Assembly (NCBI RefSeq): GCF_004010195.1 | Contig: NC_057716.1 | Span: 9,984,259 to 10,048,258, forward strand | DNA from: Chiloscyllium plagiosum | Lineage: Eukaryota | Reading direction: 5' to 3' | Length of the DNA stretch: 64,000 bases | Shown: positions 24,791 to 37,700 of the stretch, piece by piece | Numbering within the stretch: position 1 is the stretch's first letter | Layout: the number at the start of each line of letters is the position of its first letter | Made by a program: the position numbers and the translations under genes | Notes under the pieces: generated by a model | Database searches by the model: none | What the model was told of the DNA's origin: nothing | The model's input: the letters and a program-made list of their open reading frames with translations, nothing else

Positions 24791-25279
24791 TGCTTCCAAT
24801 TAAACCTGTTGGACTATAACCTGGTGTTGTGTGATTTTTAACTTTGTACACCCCAGTCCAACACCGGCATCTCCGAATCATAAAACAATAAGTAGCTTTC
24901 TTCAATATTTTATCAATAGTATTATATTCTTAAAGCCAAATTCAAGGAATAAAATTACATGAAGCACTTGGTGCATAAGGAGCTCATCCTGTCTCTGGAC
25001 ATCCCTGGGTCATCATTCTGAATATTTAATCTGGTAATGATTGTTGCTGCACTTCCCACAATCTTGCGCCTCCCCAATGAATGCTCCCATCTGGAACTTA
25101 ATTCACTCATGTACCGGTTGTGGGTAATAAATCTGCCATGATCACATCCATTACCATTAGAAACATAGAAATTCTATGGCACAGAAACTGGCCAATTGGA
25201 CCATCAAGTCTGCACAACCATTTAAAGAGCATTCCATTGAGACCCACCATATCCTCATAACCTTGAATGCTTTTTTTTT

Positions 25280-25520
25280 ATACCATGGCCAACCCACCTA
25301 ACTTGTACATTGCTGGACACTGTGGGGAAATTTTTAGCATAGTTAATCCAGCCAACCGGCACATGTTTGGACTGCGGGAGGAAACTGGAGACCCGGTGGA
25401 AATCCACGCAGACATGAGGAGAACGTGCAAACTTCACACAGACAGTTGCCGAGGCTGGAATCAAACCTGGCTCCTTGGCGCTGAGGCAACAGTGCTAACC
25501 ACTGAACCACTATGCATCCC
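25280..25520 (-). mobile_element. Diverged HE1-like SINE
   Basis: ggaaactggagacccggtggaaatccacgcagac...cagtgctaaccactga, the reverse of the head and V-domain at 17695. Confidence 0.8.
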
Positions 25521-26101
25521 TCAATTATTGAGCACTCAATTTACATTATTCTATTCATCAGGATCATTGTAAAAAATATTGTGAACATTTGACATATAAG
25601 GATCCTGGTACTTCTATCAGATGTTCAAAATCTGAGATTTGATTACTACGATGGAATTGCATTGTCTCGTCACAACCTGCTGGCTTACCAGTGCCTTTCC
25701 ATTCCCCACCTTCCTCTTTTACAGTATGCCAAACCTGTTGAATTAAACTAAAACTCAGATAATCTAATACTTTGTCTCAGTGCTTTACAACACTTTGTTT
25801 GATAACTCAGTCTTAATTAAAAAAAAAGTCTCCTTCCATTTAAAGAATTAAACATAACAAAATTGAAGCTTTTGTAGTCCTTCTCCAGTAGGAGGATTAT
25901 CACCAAAAAAATGCAGGTTAATTTGGGATTTTGCTCACAGAAATAGTTGGAAAGGATTACATTCTCCATTCACTGAAAGAAAATTGTTTGCATGAATTGT
26001 CCATGCAGTTATCAATTCACACTGCAGTCAATTAGCTAACATAGCATGATTACTTCTGGAAAGATCACAATTGAATGGACTTTAGCTGCATATACAAGAT
26101 A

Positions 26102-26317
26102 CAGGTAGTTCTTCTATAACATGATGGCTGCGTTTTTGTGCAACGCTGCATGATAGAAAAATCATGCTTTAGAAACAGCACTTAAAGTGTTCATGTAATC
26201 GCGTTACAGCCAACACACGCTTGAAAAGCTCAAGTTTTAGAAACAATGTCCCCAATTTGTTAATTGTGTTATAGCAAATTTGCATTAAGAAAACTCGCGT
26301 TATAGCAGAACAACCTG
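26102..26317. mobile_element. Tc1/mariner (Tigger-like) MITE
   Basis: TIRs caggtagttcttctataac and gttatagcagaacaacctg, flanked by TA on both sides. Confidence 0.8.
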
Positions 26318-28494
26318 TAATGAGATTCATGGTTTTACACACATCTCTGAACACATCTACAAATATGCCTCAACCATCCAAAAATCTTTCCAAAGCACAG
26401 TCAGTGTCTGTTTTAACTCATGTCAATATTAGCTATGATAAAGTTTTGTCCTTACTACATATTATTGTAGAAAACATGCAGTTAGATCAATAAAATGCAA
26501 GATACAAACATTTTGTGCTTTTTTCCCAGACCTCAAGATTCATGACAACTGCAAGATTTATAATTCTTACTATCCTCTTATACTGGACAGTTATACTCTT
26601 CATCAATCACATTTGCACAATTTAGCTCACTTTTGAACTCTTGGATTACAGTGTGAAGGAATTGTCTGTGCGACTTGCAGCTAATTTGCATTTGAAAATT
26701 CTTATCATCACCTGACGCTATTAATGCATGTCCAACACTCTGATGAGATATATGAGGTTTTTATTGAAGAGAAACAATAATGTCTTGACTGGATATCTGC
26801 AGATCCATCAATTTCCCCAAACTAATTGCAGGGATGAGAGTGGCTAATGACTAAACAGTCTGAAAATTAGTGGCCGATGGCAAAAAGGTTGCATTTCTTT
26901 TCACAAGGAATCAATTCATTGTAGCCCTTTTAATTATCTGTAATGAATGTAAATTCTTCCAAGGCCATTTCAAATCTTGTAGAATCATTGCAATTCCCTT
27001 TGTTTACGCTCTGGTACTGTCAAGTTTGCAGAGCAAATTATTTGCATCAAACCATCAAAGTGAGCTCAGCATTCCAACCTCCTCAAACGGTCCACATTAT
27101 CTCCGTTTCTCAAGCCTCCTGGACTGTACATCTCGATGCTCCTCACTCTGTCTATCCGCGCACACAGAAAACCCCCCACTCAACAACTAAACCTATCTCT
27201 TCACATCAAGGGCTGTAAAATCTCATTAAAAATACATAAACATAGGCCTTCAAATTTCTGGGTGCCAAGTTCATAAAAACAAGTCTAAAGATGAGCCTAT
27301 TTCCCTCTTCCTTAACATAAAAATGTACAAGGTAAATTAAACTTAAATTTATACATTGTTTCTGACACCTGCAAGAGCAAGTAAATTTAAAGAACTTTTG
27401 CTTCACCAAAAGTTGAAAAACTCAATGGGATCACCTGGAACACAATTTTAATGCAGAAATGAGGCCATGTGTATTAGTTGCAAACCACTCATGAGAAGGT
27501 TGAGTTCCTCCAATTTCTATATGCATCTCATTTTCTGGTGCACAGGGAAGACTAATGATCTATGCAAAGCTTTGGAAAATTGGAGTTAGAATGTTCTACA
27601 TGATTCCATGTAAGGTCCAAATATTCAGACTGATTCAATAACAAGATGTCTGTTGACTGAACAAAGGAATCACCTCAGAAGTGCACTTCAATCTGCTTTG
27701 AATGTTTACATTACGTTACCATGTAGCCTGAAACTCACCATTAAGATTACATACCAACAGTGTGGCGAAGGATCTATAGATGCCAACAATGTTTGTGGGA
27801 AGTACGTAATACTGAAATCATGTTGTTGTCTGAGAGTAATTTTAAAAATTATGCAGAATATATTTTATATATATATATATAAATAGGACAGATTTCTTTG
27901 TACAGTGTTGCTTTCTCTAAGTTGAATTTTATCTAAGTATTGATAATTCTTTTACAATAATAGCATCTATGCTGCATCTGTCTTATTTACAATTTAAAGA
28001 TTTAAAACAAACTGGAAGAATTGATTAAAATTAAATTCAGAGTCAGCTTGGATTAAAATTTTACCATATGCAGAGCAATGACACAACAAAGGATTTATTT
28101 AAATTAGTCACATATGTCTATTGTCACAAAACACATTTTATTCAGAAAACATTATTTATTACAAGCTGTCAATTTAACTTTTTAAAAAATAATATCTAGC
28201 AATGTTTCAGAAAGAGTGAACACCCTTGTGATATGACAAGGGTTTTTCTATAGGATCGCACTTCAAAGAGATACATTGAAGATCGCAAGTACAGAAAACA
28301 AACTCAGGATCCTACATAATTAATGCTCTGGTGATTGCAGTTTCCATGAACCACCCTTGGCACAAACAACTGAATCTATTTAACTTCAATCGAATTACAA
28401 GTCAGCTCTTAGATCTCCTTCTGCTAATATTTAACCCTCTCCCACTCAAATGAAGAAAACATCAAGTCAACATTTCTGAAGCATCCTTCTACAG

Positions 28495-29045
28495 CTAGAA
28501 CACAGAACATTAGAGCGTAATACAGGCCCTTCGGCCCTCGATGTTGCGCCGTGCTGTGAAACCAGTCTGAAGCCCATCTAACCTACACTATTCGATTCTC
28601 ATCCATACGCTTATCCAAATGACCATTTAAATGCCTGTAAGTTGACGAGTCTACAACCATTGCAGGCCGTGTGTTCCCATCCCCTACTATTCTCTGAGTA
28701 AAGAAACTACCTCTGACATGTGTCCAATATCTATCATCCCTCAATTTGAAGCTATGTCCCCTCATGCTAGCCATCGCCATCAGAGGAAAAAGGTTCTCAC
28801 TGTCTAACCCTCTGATTATCTGTATGTCTCAATTAAGTTACCTCTCAACCTCCTTCTCTCTAACGAAAACAGCCTCAAGCCCCTCAACCTTTCCTCGTAA
28901 GATTTTCCCTCCATACCAGGCGACATCCTAGTAAATCTCGTCGGAACTCTTTCCAAAGCTTCCACATCCTTCCTATAATGCAGTAACCAGAACTGCACGC
29001 AATACTTTAAGTGTGGCCGCACCAGAGTTCTGTACAGCTGCAGCG
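28495..29045 (-). mobile_element. CR1 3' end
   Basis: ORF track: RPHLKYCVQFWLLHYRKDVEALERV...LFSLERRRLRG and FFTQRIVG. Confidence 0.85.
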
Positions 29046-30394
29046 TGAATAACCAGAGACTTTTATTTTCGTTTCATTGCCCAGCTTTATATAGTCCCTC
29101 TTCTTCTTCTTTGTAAATTCCATCATGCTAAGCAACAATCTCTTGAAAGGCTGCAAATTGGATAACATGCCCCATGACTTTTGAAAATGTTCACTTACAC
29201 GTAGATACATAAGCGAGATTCAGTTCTTTGATATTGCTCCCTCACCAAGGAGAAACAACGCTTTAAAAATTAGAGGAACATTGAACCTGTGTATTATTAG
29301 TCAAAATATGATGAATTGGAGAAATGATAGATCTTATTTTCTAAGCATGCTGGAAGCCATTTTTGAGGACTGTGGATTTAAAAAAGTTGCATCCTGAGAA
29401 ATGACAACAAGATAACAGATGTCTTCTCTTTTTGAAGGTTCATTATGAGCAGACATTGTGTGGCCTCCACTCAGTTATTACGGACCAAGAGTCCATAGCA
29501 TAAATCCACCTCAAATTTGGCAGAACGCTGTGGCAGGTATTTGACTCTCCTCTAGCAGTATTATATTCATCTGAGATGGAGTTAAATTAGCATTGGGTGC
29601 CGAGTAACAGTGTATTGTTTTGAGTACTGACGTCTCTCAGTGTGATGAGGAGGGCTAATGTGGATATTTGTGAGACAAAGGGCACAATGTTAATGGAGTT
29701 GATCATAAACAGGCTTTGGAAGCTAAGAATTTAATGAAAGTGAGACTCTCTGACGAGATGTTAGCTGAACCAAACTAAGCTAGCGTCAACATTTAGAACT
29801 TAAAACATGAGAAATGTTTAGCAGATGGGCAACTGAGAATTTGCAAGAGTGTGGAAACTTTGTGCAGAGAAGCAAGGGAATTTTTTAAAACTTTAATTTA
29901 TTGGTTTCAAATATTTATTAAATATATAAAACAAGATTAGATGGATGTGGCAGCACAGGAAGTGTTCCACATCTGCAGCATGTGGGAGGCTTGTGGACAG
30001 CAGCGTCATTCCAGCACCCACGTCTGCCACAGTGTCTGAAACTCAAGGAATTTCAGCTTGAGAGATTGAGGCATTTCAAAGCATCATGGAAAGTGTGAGT
30101 TACCAGGACATTTAACACAGGAGTCAGCCACCCCTCATGTAAAGTTAGATAAGGACTGGACCGTATGACTGACTCAGACAGGTAAGGGGAATTAGATAAA
30201 TGGTGCAGGAGCCTGAGCCCTTGTCAACACATACGAGTGTGCAATGTCAGAAACTGAAACACCAGTTACCTTCCTTCGGTTACTACAGCCATAGCACCCA
30301 TTTTACCAAAGTGCAACAATAAAAGTCACCACAAAATAAAAGTCACCACAAAATAAACATCCTGAAGTTTCTTGTCAGAATAGAATTTGGATAT

Positions 30395-31080
30395 TTCTGA
30401 AAGACAGACACATTGTCAAAGCTTCTCATCTTGTATTCATCAGGATAAAATACAACAATACCAATTTCAAATGATCACAGGTTATATTACAAGAGGAAGG
30501 AGAGCTGATGGTTGCCAAATAACCTCTCATTAGCCATGACATTGTTATCAAGAAAGGAATGGTGAACTATAGGCTCTTCAAGCTCCTGAATAATTCAAAA
30601 ACGGTGCAAAGTTTGACCAAATTCTTTTTAGTTACAGAGAATAGGTCCTTACATGGGAGTGCATGTGACTTCTAGCATGCATTAATGAGCCACATACAAA
30701 TTCAACTGATATTTTAAATGGTATCTGGAGTAGTTATTAGCATACTCCGTGTTATTCAGCAAGTGCTGTCATTCATTGAACAATATTTAATACTAGACAT
30801 TTTGCAAGGTTGGGCTGGTTAGGTATAATCTGTATTCTGCCTAATAAGAACAATTGAAAGCAGTTGCAATCAGCTAGTCGCAGTGATGCATAGCCTACGT
30901 ACCTGGCATCACACCAGCACAAATTCATGCAACGTTGTTCAATTGTGTGTTAGATATAATGTCTTGTTATCAAAAGGTGTCACTCCTGTAGATAATGCAT
31001 CGCAGTTACAGCATGAAATAGTTTTCAATGGACACAGCCCACAGATTAGATTAAATCTATGCAGTTATGTCTCATCGTGA
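30395..31080 (-). mobile_element. Decayed PLE 3' region (family E) with a GIY-YIG remnant and a degenerate hammerhead; a partial inverted terminus lies at ~31375-31520
   Basis: The minus strand reads CWCDARYVGYASLRLA (~30873-30920). CTGATGA-ATACAAGAT-GAGA-AGCT-TT-GACA at 30414-30443 (minus). Confidence 0.65.
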
Positions 31081-31523
31081 AAGGAGGTAGACAATCAAAC
31101 AATTGATGGGAGGTGGCAGCTCCAGAAATATCCTGAGCTTTAATGATGGGGGAGCCCACTTTAATCAGTGAAAAAAGGCAAGACCGAAGTGTGTGTAATC
31201 ATTGTTAATGAGAAATGCTGAGTGAAAGTTCCCTCTCAGCATCTTCCCAAAGTTCTCAGGATCAGAAATGATACTCTTCAGATATTTGATTCCCTTCACA
31301 AGAAATGAGTGAAGGCACAGGATGCAGAAATATCCCAGGTGTAGTACTGTAGTCTACTGAAGAAATTAATTGCCATTTTTGGTGTCTTCTCTGTGGCAAC
31401 ACGTCGACCAAATAGAGTGCACTTGCCAACTAATCAACACTCTCTTCTCAAACAGTAATAAATGTTGTTCCCCTTTATATTAGTATTCTTGTGATATCCT
31501 GATAGAGTGTGTCCTTTTCAATA

Positions 31524-31741
31524 CAGTCGGCTTTGATATAACTTGATAGGTTCGCACAAGAATGGAACGGTGTTATAAGGAAATCGTACAATGGTCACAT
31601 CATTTTAACTAATGGGCTGGAATCGCGTGATACCCAATACAGGTAAGAAAATTGCACGTTCTACAAGTAATGGTCTAAATTCTTCAATAGCATTAAAGCC
31701 AACTTGTGTTGAAGAAACACGCATTATAACTGAACCGACTG
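31524..31741. mobile_element. Tc1/mariner (Tigger-like) MITE related to 26102-26317
   Basis: TIRs cagtcggctttgatataac and cattataactgaaccgactg, TA flanks, similar length (218 vs 216 bp). Confidence 0.8.
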
Positions 31742-32289
31742 TATCATCTTTGCTGAATTACCCACTGTAAACATTGTACGAATCATCATTAACCAAAAAC
31801 TGAACTGGTCTAGCCATACAAATACTGTGCCTACAAGAACAGGTTCAAAGGTGGGGAATTCTGCGGTAAGTTATGCTTTTCAGGCTAAGGCCAATATCCA
31901 CTGCTTATCTTTAATTGCTGTCACCACCACCAAGTGTTGTCAGTACACTCACAATGCTGTTCCCAAAACCAGCCCGTCATTGTCCAAGGCTCAAAGCAGC
32001 ACTATGATCGAAGAGAGTTCAGTGGCCTGAATGAGTGCGACTTCATCAACATTCAAAGTGCTTAACACCATCCAGGACAAAGCAGGCTGTGTGACCTACG
32101 CCCAATCGACCACCTTAACCGTTTACTTCATCCACAACTGATCCACACTGACATCAGACTCTATCATACACAGAATACAATACAGTAACTGCTCAAACCT
32201 CCTACATCTGCACTTTTCAAATTTGCTACTTGAACCAACACAACACAGATAACATGGTAACAGTGGTGGACATCATTGCTTAATACCAT

Positions 32290-34400
32290 AAAGGTAACAT
32301 GGTGAGAACTCCAGAGCAGTGAGTTCCAGTGGATGCAGCAATAGACATTTACAGATTTTAAAATGCTACGTCTTTAAGAACTATTTATATAGAAAGTTGG
32401 TAGCTGCAGAACTTGAACAATCAAACAGCATGCGACCAAAGCTGTGGAAAAATCAGCAAGGGAGAAGAAACATTTAATAGTAGAGCCTTTAGGTTAGACC
32501 TGGAAAGCAAAGTGCAGTGGTAATTGTGAGTGAGAAGCCAATCACACATCGTGTGGTTACAGGTTCAATTGGGAAACAAGGACCTTTAGAAGCAATCCCA
32601 ATTAGAGGTTCAGCAAGGAAGCAAACAGTCCATGAGCAAAGTTCAAAATTCATTATGGCAAGGGGATATCTTTAAATTGAAAGTACAGAACAGGCTGAGG
32701 TTAGAAGCTTTAAAAGGCTACTTAAATAAAGAGTGTGCATAATGTTGCCACCATACAGAGTGAGCAGACACTGAGTCAAGTCGATATGGCTGACGTTACA
32801 ATTGCCAAAACATAAAAGGTGGCACAGATAATTCTCAAGAAGTTAGTCAAGCTTTAATAATAATTTTAATCTGAGAAAAAATAAGTTTCTTGCAAGAGCA
32901 AGATTTATCAGAAGAATTCAGCATCTGGGGAATCGTGATAATTTAATGAATGATTTCAACAGGTCACTGGAGAACTGAGACTGAGAAGAGAATTCCTAAG
33001 AGATGGAATTGTCTGAAATCAGTGATGCCGCCTTGCCAGATTTATTTCAGTCCAAAGATGATGTCTTTGATGAATACTATTTCAATTGTCCTGGAAACAG
33101 AAAGCAGGATGAATGCACAAGTGTGACAGATTCCATTCAAAAGAAACACGTGACAAGAAAGTAGTCCAGTCAGTATCAGTGATATAGGTCACTTCCAAAA
33201 CATGTGTAAAAATAGGGCACACGTGCAGAGCAGCATTAAGTCAAATGGCTACTCTCACAAAGGTGATAAAGTAGTAGAGCTACTAGCATTAGAAAGGTAT
33301 CAAATGCATCTCTAAGGGAAATGGATGATCCAACTGCCTCGAGCTTGGCAGAACCCTTTTCTATCAATGGACATTTCACTAATTTTAAACTGACACTTAC
33401 AGGGGCAAGTGTATCTTATCAGATCATTTATCACCTGTGAAGGAACAAAAGTTGCAGCTTGCAGAGATGAAAGTGCATGTTTCAGGTGGAATGACTCAAG
33501 ATAACAGGTATGCTGCAAGGCAACACCGCAACACAAAGAGCACAAGATAGGAGGAAATGTAAAAATTATTCATATTCTTGAGCTTGCCCACACATATCTT
33601 GACTTCAATATTCGTAAAGTAGCAGAAGGAGTAAAACTCATAACAGACAGTGAACAGATCAAAACAAACCAAATCCGTCCAAAGACAAGCCAGTCAGAAA
33701 ATATCTAGCCTGGGAATAAACAATTGTTGAACAATCAAGGAACAACTCAGTAGAAGATTTTATTGGGGTTCCTAAATTCATGGTAGATCCCAAAAAGCAG
33801 AACCCATTGAGATTGTTATGTTAGCATTAAAGATATGCCTCAGATGGTCAACAAGATGGAAATCTATGCCTACAGAGTGTTGGCAGAAATGTTTTCCATT
33901 TCTATCATCAAGAAAGAAAACTCAGATATGAGAAACAAGCAACTTTTGAGAAGGTGCAGTTGAAAAGAATGAGCACTCCAATCCACTTGACGTCATCAAT
34001 GTTTAAATAAAAAAAACTTTCCAGGTATCAACATGGCTTGGTGAAAAATTGTCATAACAGATGTGAGTTTCATGTCAGATGATGCACAGACAGAAATTCA
34101 AGATTTACATTTCAATTCTTCATCTTCCAAGGTAAAATAATCGGTGCCAGTTATAGAACTAAGTCAGTGGCAATCCTCAAGTAACATGACTGAGGGTGTG
34201 AACATGAAGGATTTACCACTGAGGGGGAATGAAGATGTTCGACCTAATCTACAAGGTGATGTAAAGTATTTACGTGCTTCAACATTAATGTACCCACATG
34301 TTGCGAATCAACATGTTTACTTGGATTCAATTTGTGTTGCATAGGGCTGCAATATTGAGATGGGATGACCAACAGTCACAGATACAGGACATAGTCAAGA
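32290..34400 (+). mobile_element. Highly decayed Gypsy-type LTR retrotransposon internal region
   Basis: Gag-like LRD.IV..ISD.AL.DL.QSKDD (~33000), Zn-knuckle-like IGHFQNMCK (~33184) and protease-like INGHFTNFKL..TGASV (~33363). Many frameshifts; boundaries uncertain. Confidence 0.55.
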
Positions 34401-34767
34401 AGAAATTACCTGGTCGAAAAACCCATAATAATGCAAAAAATAAAAAAAATTAAAATTTCTTTTAAAAGGGAATTCATCAGATTTAAAGGACTCTAAGACG
34501 ATGCTTTGGTGAATTCCTCTATGAAACAAATTCAGGATATTAATAAGTGCTTCAGGTAAAGTCGTAAACCACCTACCTGGTTTAGTGGGAATTATACCCT
34601 CGCAGAAGAGTGTCCAAGAGACAGTAGTGCATGATGGGTGGGGGTGGCGGAGTGGATTCAGTTGCATCGAAAATTGTGGAATAAGGTAAGTGGGGAGGCC
34701 TCAGGAGAGGGTATTAAACTTTTCGTAACAAGTAATAGGATAAAGACTAAAGAATCGGATAAAGGAT

Positions 34768-37700
34768 TCCCTAGTGTGGAAACAGGCCCTTCGGCCCAAC
34801 AAGTCTACACTGATCCTCCAAAGATTAACCCACCCAGACCCATTTCCCTCTGGCAAATGCACCTAATACTATGGGCAATTTAGCATGGCCAATTCACCTG
34901 GCCTGCACATCTTTGGACTCTCTCGTCTCTCAACTTAAAAGCTAAGCCCTCTGGATTTGGACTTGCCACTTCAGGGAAAAGACCTTGTTTATTCACCCTA
35001 TCCATGACCCTCATGATTTTATAAACCTCAGTAACGTCAGCCTGACGCTCCAGGGAAATAGCCCCAGCCTATTCAGCCTCTCCCTGTAGCTTAAATCCTA
35101 CAATCCTGGCAACGTCCTTGTAAGTCTTTTCTGAACCCTTTCAAGTTTAATAACATCTTTCCTATAGGAGGCAGAACAGGATTGAATGCAGCATTCTAAA
35201 AGTGGCCTCTCCAATGTCCTATACAATTGCAACATAATATCCCAACTCCTATACTCAATGCACCGACGAGTGAAGGCAAGCACACCAAACGTCTTCTTCA
35301 CCACTTTGTCTACCTGCAACTCCACTTTCAAGGAACTATGAACCCAAGATCTCTTTGTTTGATACCACTCTCCAGGGCCCTATCATTAACAGTACAAGTC
35401 AAGCCCAGCTTTGCTTTACCAAAATGCAAAACCTCACATTTATCTAAACAAAACTCCATTGCCACTCCTCGGCCTATTGGCCCATCTGATTGAGGTACTG
35501 TTGTACTCTGAGGTAACCTTCTTCACTGCACACTACACTGCCAATTTTGGTGTCATAGTCATACAGCACAGAAACAGACCCTTCAGTCCACTAGTCCATG
35601 CTGAGAATAATCCCAAATTAAACTAGTCCCACCTCCCTGCACTTGGCCCACATCCCTCCAAACCTTTCCTATTCGTGTACTTATCCCAATGTTATTTAAA
35701 CACTGTAATTGTGCCCACAGCCACCACTTCCTCAGGAAGTGCATTCCACACACAAGTTACCCTCTGAATAAAACATTTATCCCTCATGTCTTTTTAAGTC
35801 TCTCTCCTCTCATCTTAAAACTGTATCCCCTAGTCTTGAAATCCTCCATCCTAGGGAAAAGACACCCTCCATTAACCCCATCTATACATCTCATGATTTT
35901 GCAAACTTCTAGAAGGTCATCTCTCAAACTCCAATGCTCCAGTGAAAAATGTCCCAGCCTATCCAGCCTTTCTTTATAATTTAAACCTTCTCAGCAACTC
36001 CTGGTGAATCTATTCTGTACTCTCTCCAGCTTAACAATATCCTTCCTATAATTGAGTGACCAAAACTGGACACAATACTCCAGAATAGGCTCACCAATGT
36101 CCTTTACAACCTCGATACGACTTTGCAACACCTATACTCAACATCTTGTGCAATTGAAGGTCTCCCTGCTATAGGAAGGATGTTGTGAAACTTGAAAGGG
36201 TTCAGAAAAGATTTGCAAGGATGTTGTCAGGGTTGGAAGGTTTGAGATATAGGGAGTGGGTGAATACGCTGGGGCTATTTTCCCTGGAGTGTTGGAGGTT
36301 GAGGGATGACCTTGTAGAGTTTTATAAATTCATGAGCGACATGGATAGGATAAATAGACAGGGTCTTTTCCCTGGAATAGGGGAGTCAATAAACTAAAGG
36401 GCATGGCTTTAAGGTGAGGAGGGGTAAGGGATCTAAGGGGCAAATTTTCACACAAAGAGTGGTGCGTATATGGAATACGCTGCTAGAGGCCGGTACAATT
36501 GTGACATTTAAAAAACATCAGGATGGATATATGAATAGGAAGGATTTAGAGGGATATGGGCCAAATCCTGGCAAATAGGACAGTGAAGAAGGTTACCTCA
36601 GATTACAACAGGATCTTGATTAGATGGGCTGAGAAGTGGCAAATGGAGTTTAATTCAGATAACTGTGAGGTGCTGCATTTTGGGAAAGCAAATCTTATCA
36701 GGACTTATACACTTAATGGTAAGGTCCTAGGGAGTGTTGCTGAACAAAGAGACCTTGGAGTGCAGGTTCATAGCTCCTTGAAAGTGGAGTCGCACGTAGA
36801 TAGGATAGTGAAGAAGGCATTTGGTACGCTTTCCTTTATTGGTCAGAGTATTGAGTACAGGAGTTGGGAGGGCATGTTGCAGCTGTACAGGACATTGGTT
36901 AGTCCACTGTTGGAATAACTGTGTGCAATTCTCGTCTCCTTTCTATCGGAAAGATGTTGTGAAACTTGAAAGGGTTCAGAAAAGGATGTTGCCAGGGTTG
37001 GAGGATCTGAGATACAGGGAGAGGCTGGGGCTATTTTCCCTGCAGTGTTGGAGGCTGAGAGGTGACCTTATGGAGGTTTACAAAATTATGAGGGGCATGG
37101 ATAGGGTAAATAGACAAAGTCTTTTCCCTGGGGTTGGGGGTTCCAGAACTAGAGGGCATAGGTTTAGGGTGAGAGGGGAAAGAAACCTAAGGGGTAACTT
37201 TTTCACACAGAGGGTGGTACGTATATGGAATGAGGAAGTGTTGGGAGACTGGTACAATTGCAACATATAAAAGGCATTTGGATGGGTATATGAATAGGAA
37301 GGGTTTGGAGGGATATGGGTCAGGTATTGGCAGGTGGGATTACATTGGGTTGGGATATCTGGTCGGCAGGGATGGGTTTGACCGAAGGGTCTGTTTCCAT
37401 GCCATATATCTCTATGACTCTATGAAATCAAGTGTGCTAAGCATCTTATTACCACCCTGTTCATATGTGATGCAAACATCAAAGAATTATGTACCTGAAC
37501 TTCTTGGTTCCTCTGCTCCACAACACCTAAGGCTCTACAATTAACTGTGTAAGTCTTACCCCTTTTTGTTGTACCAAATGCAATACCTTGCATTTATCCA
37601 GATGGAACTCCATCTGCCATTTTTATCTCATTGACCCATGTGATTAAGATCTCTTTGTAATCTTAGGAAACATTTTATCAACTATCCATTATGTGACCAG

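Larger units (their letters stand above)
24665..24881. mobile_element. Near-perfect palindromic PLE terminal element (family A): 89 bp arms, 1 nt loop, plus a ~38 bp one-sided extension
   Basis: 24665-24753 is the reverse complement of 24755-24843 with 1 mismatch. CATAAAACAATA is duplicated at 24654-24665 and 24879-24890. Confidence 0.92.

Noticed and set aside
24665-24843. Palindrome as a DNA-transposon MITE, intrinsic terminator or pre-miRNA gene
   Set aside because: A one-sided extension, variable-length TSDs, hammerhead motifs and (for families B, C and E) linkage to GIY-YIG/RT remnants point to PLE origin.
30319-30357. Short tandem repeats (17 bp x2 here; ~19 bp x2 at ~51866-51903) as a CRISPR-like array
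   Set aside because: Each has only two adjacent copies with no spacers, in a eukaryotic intron; they are simple slippage duplications.
36556-37544. Apparently long RT-like ORFs as a functional gene
   Set aside because: They are frameshifted, 5'-truncated CR1 ORF2 ends.
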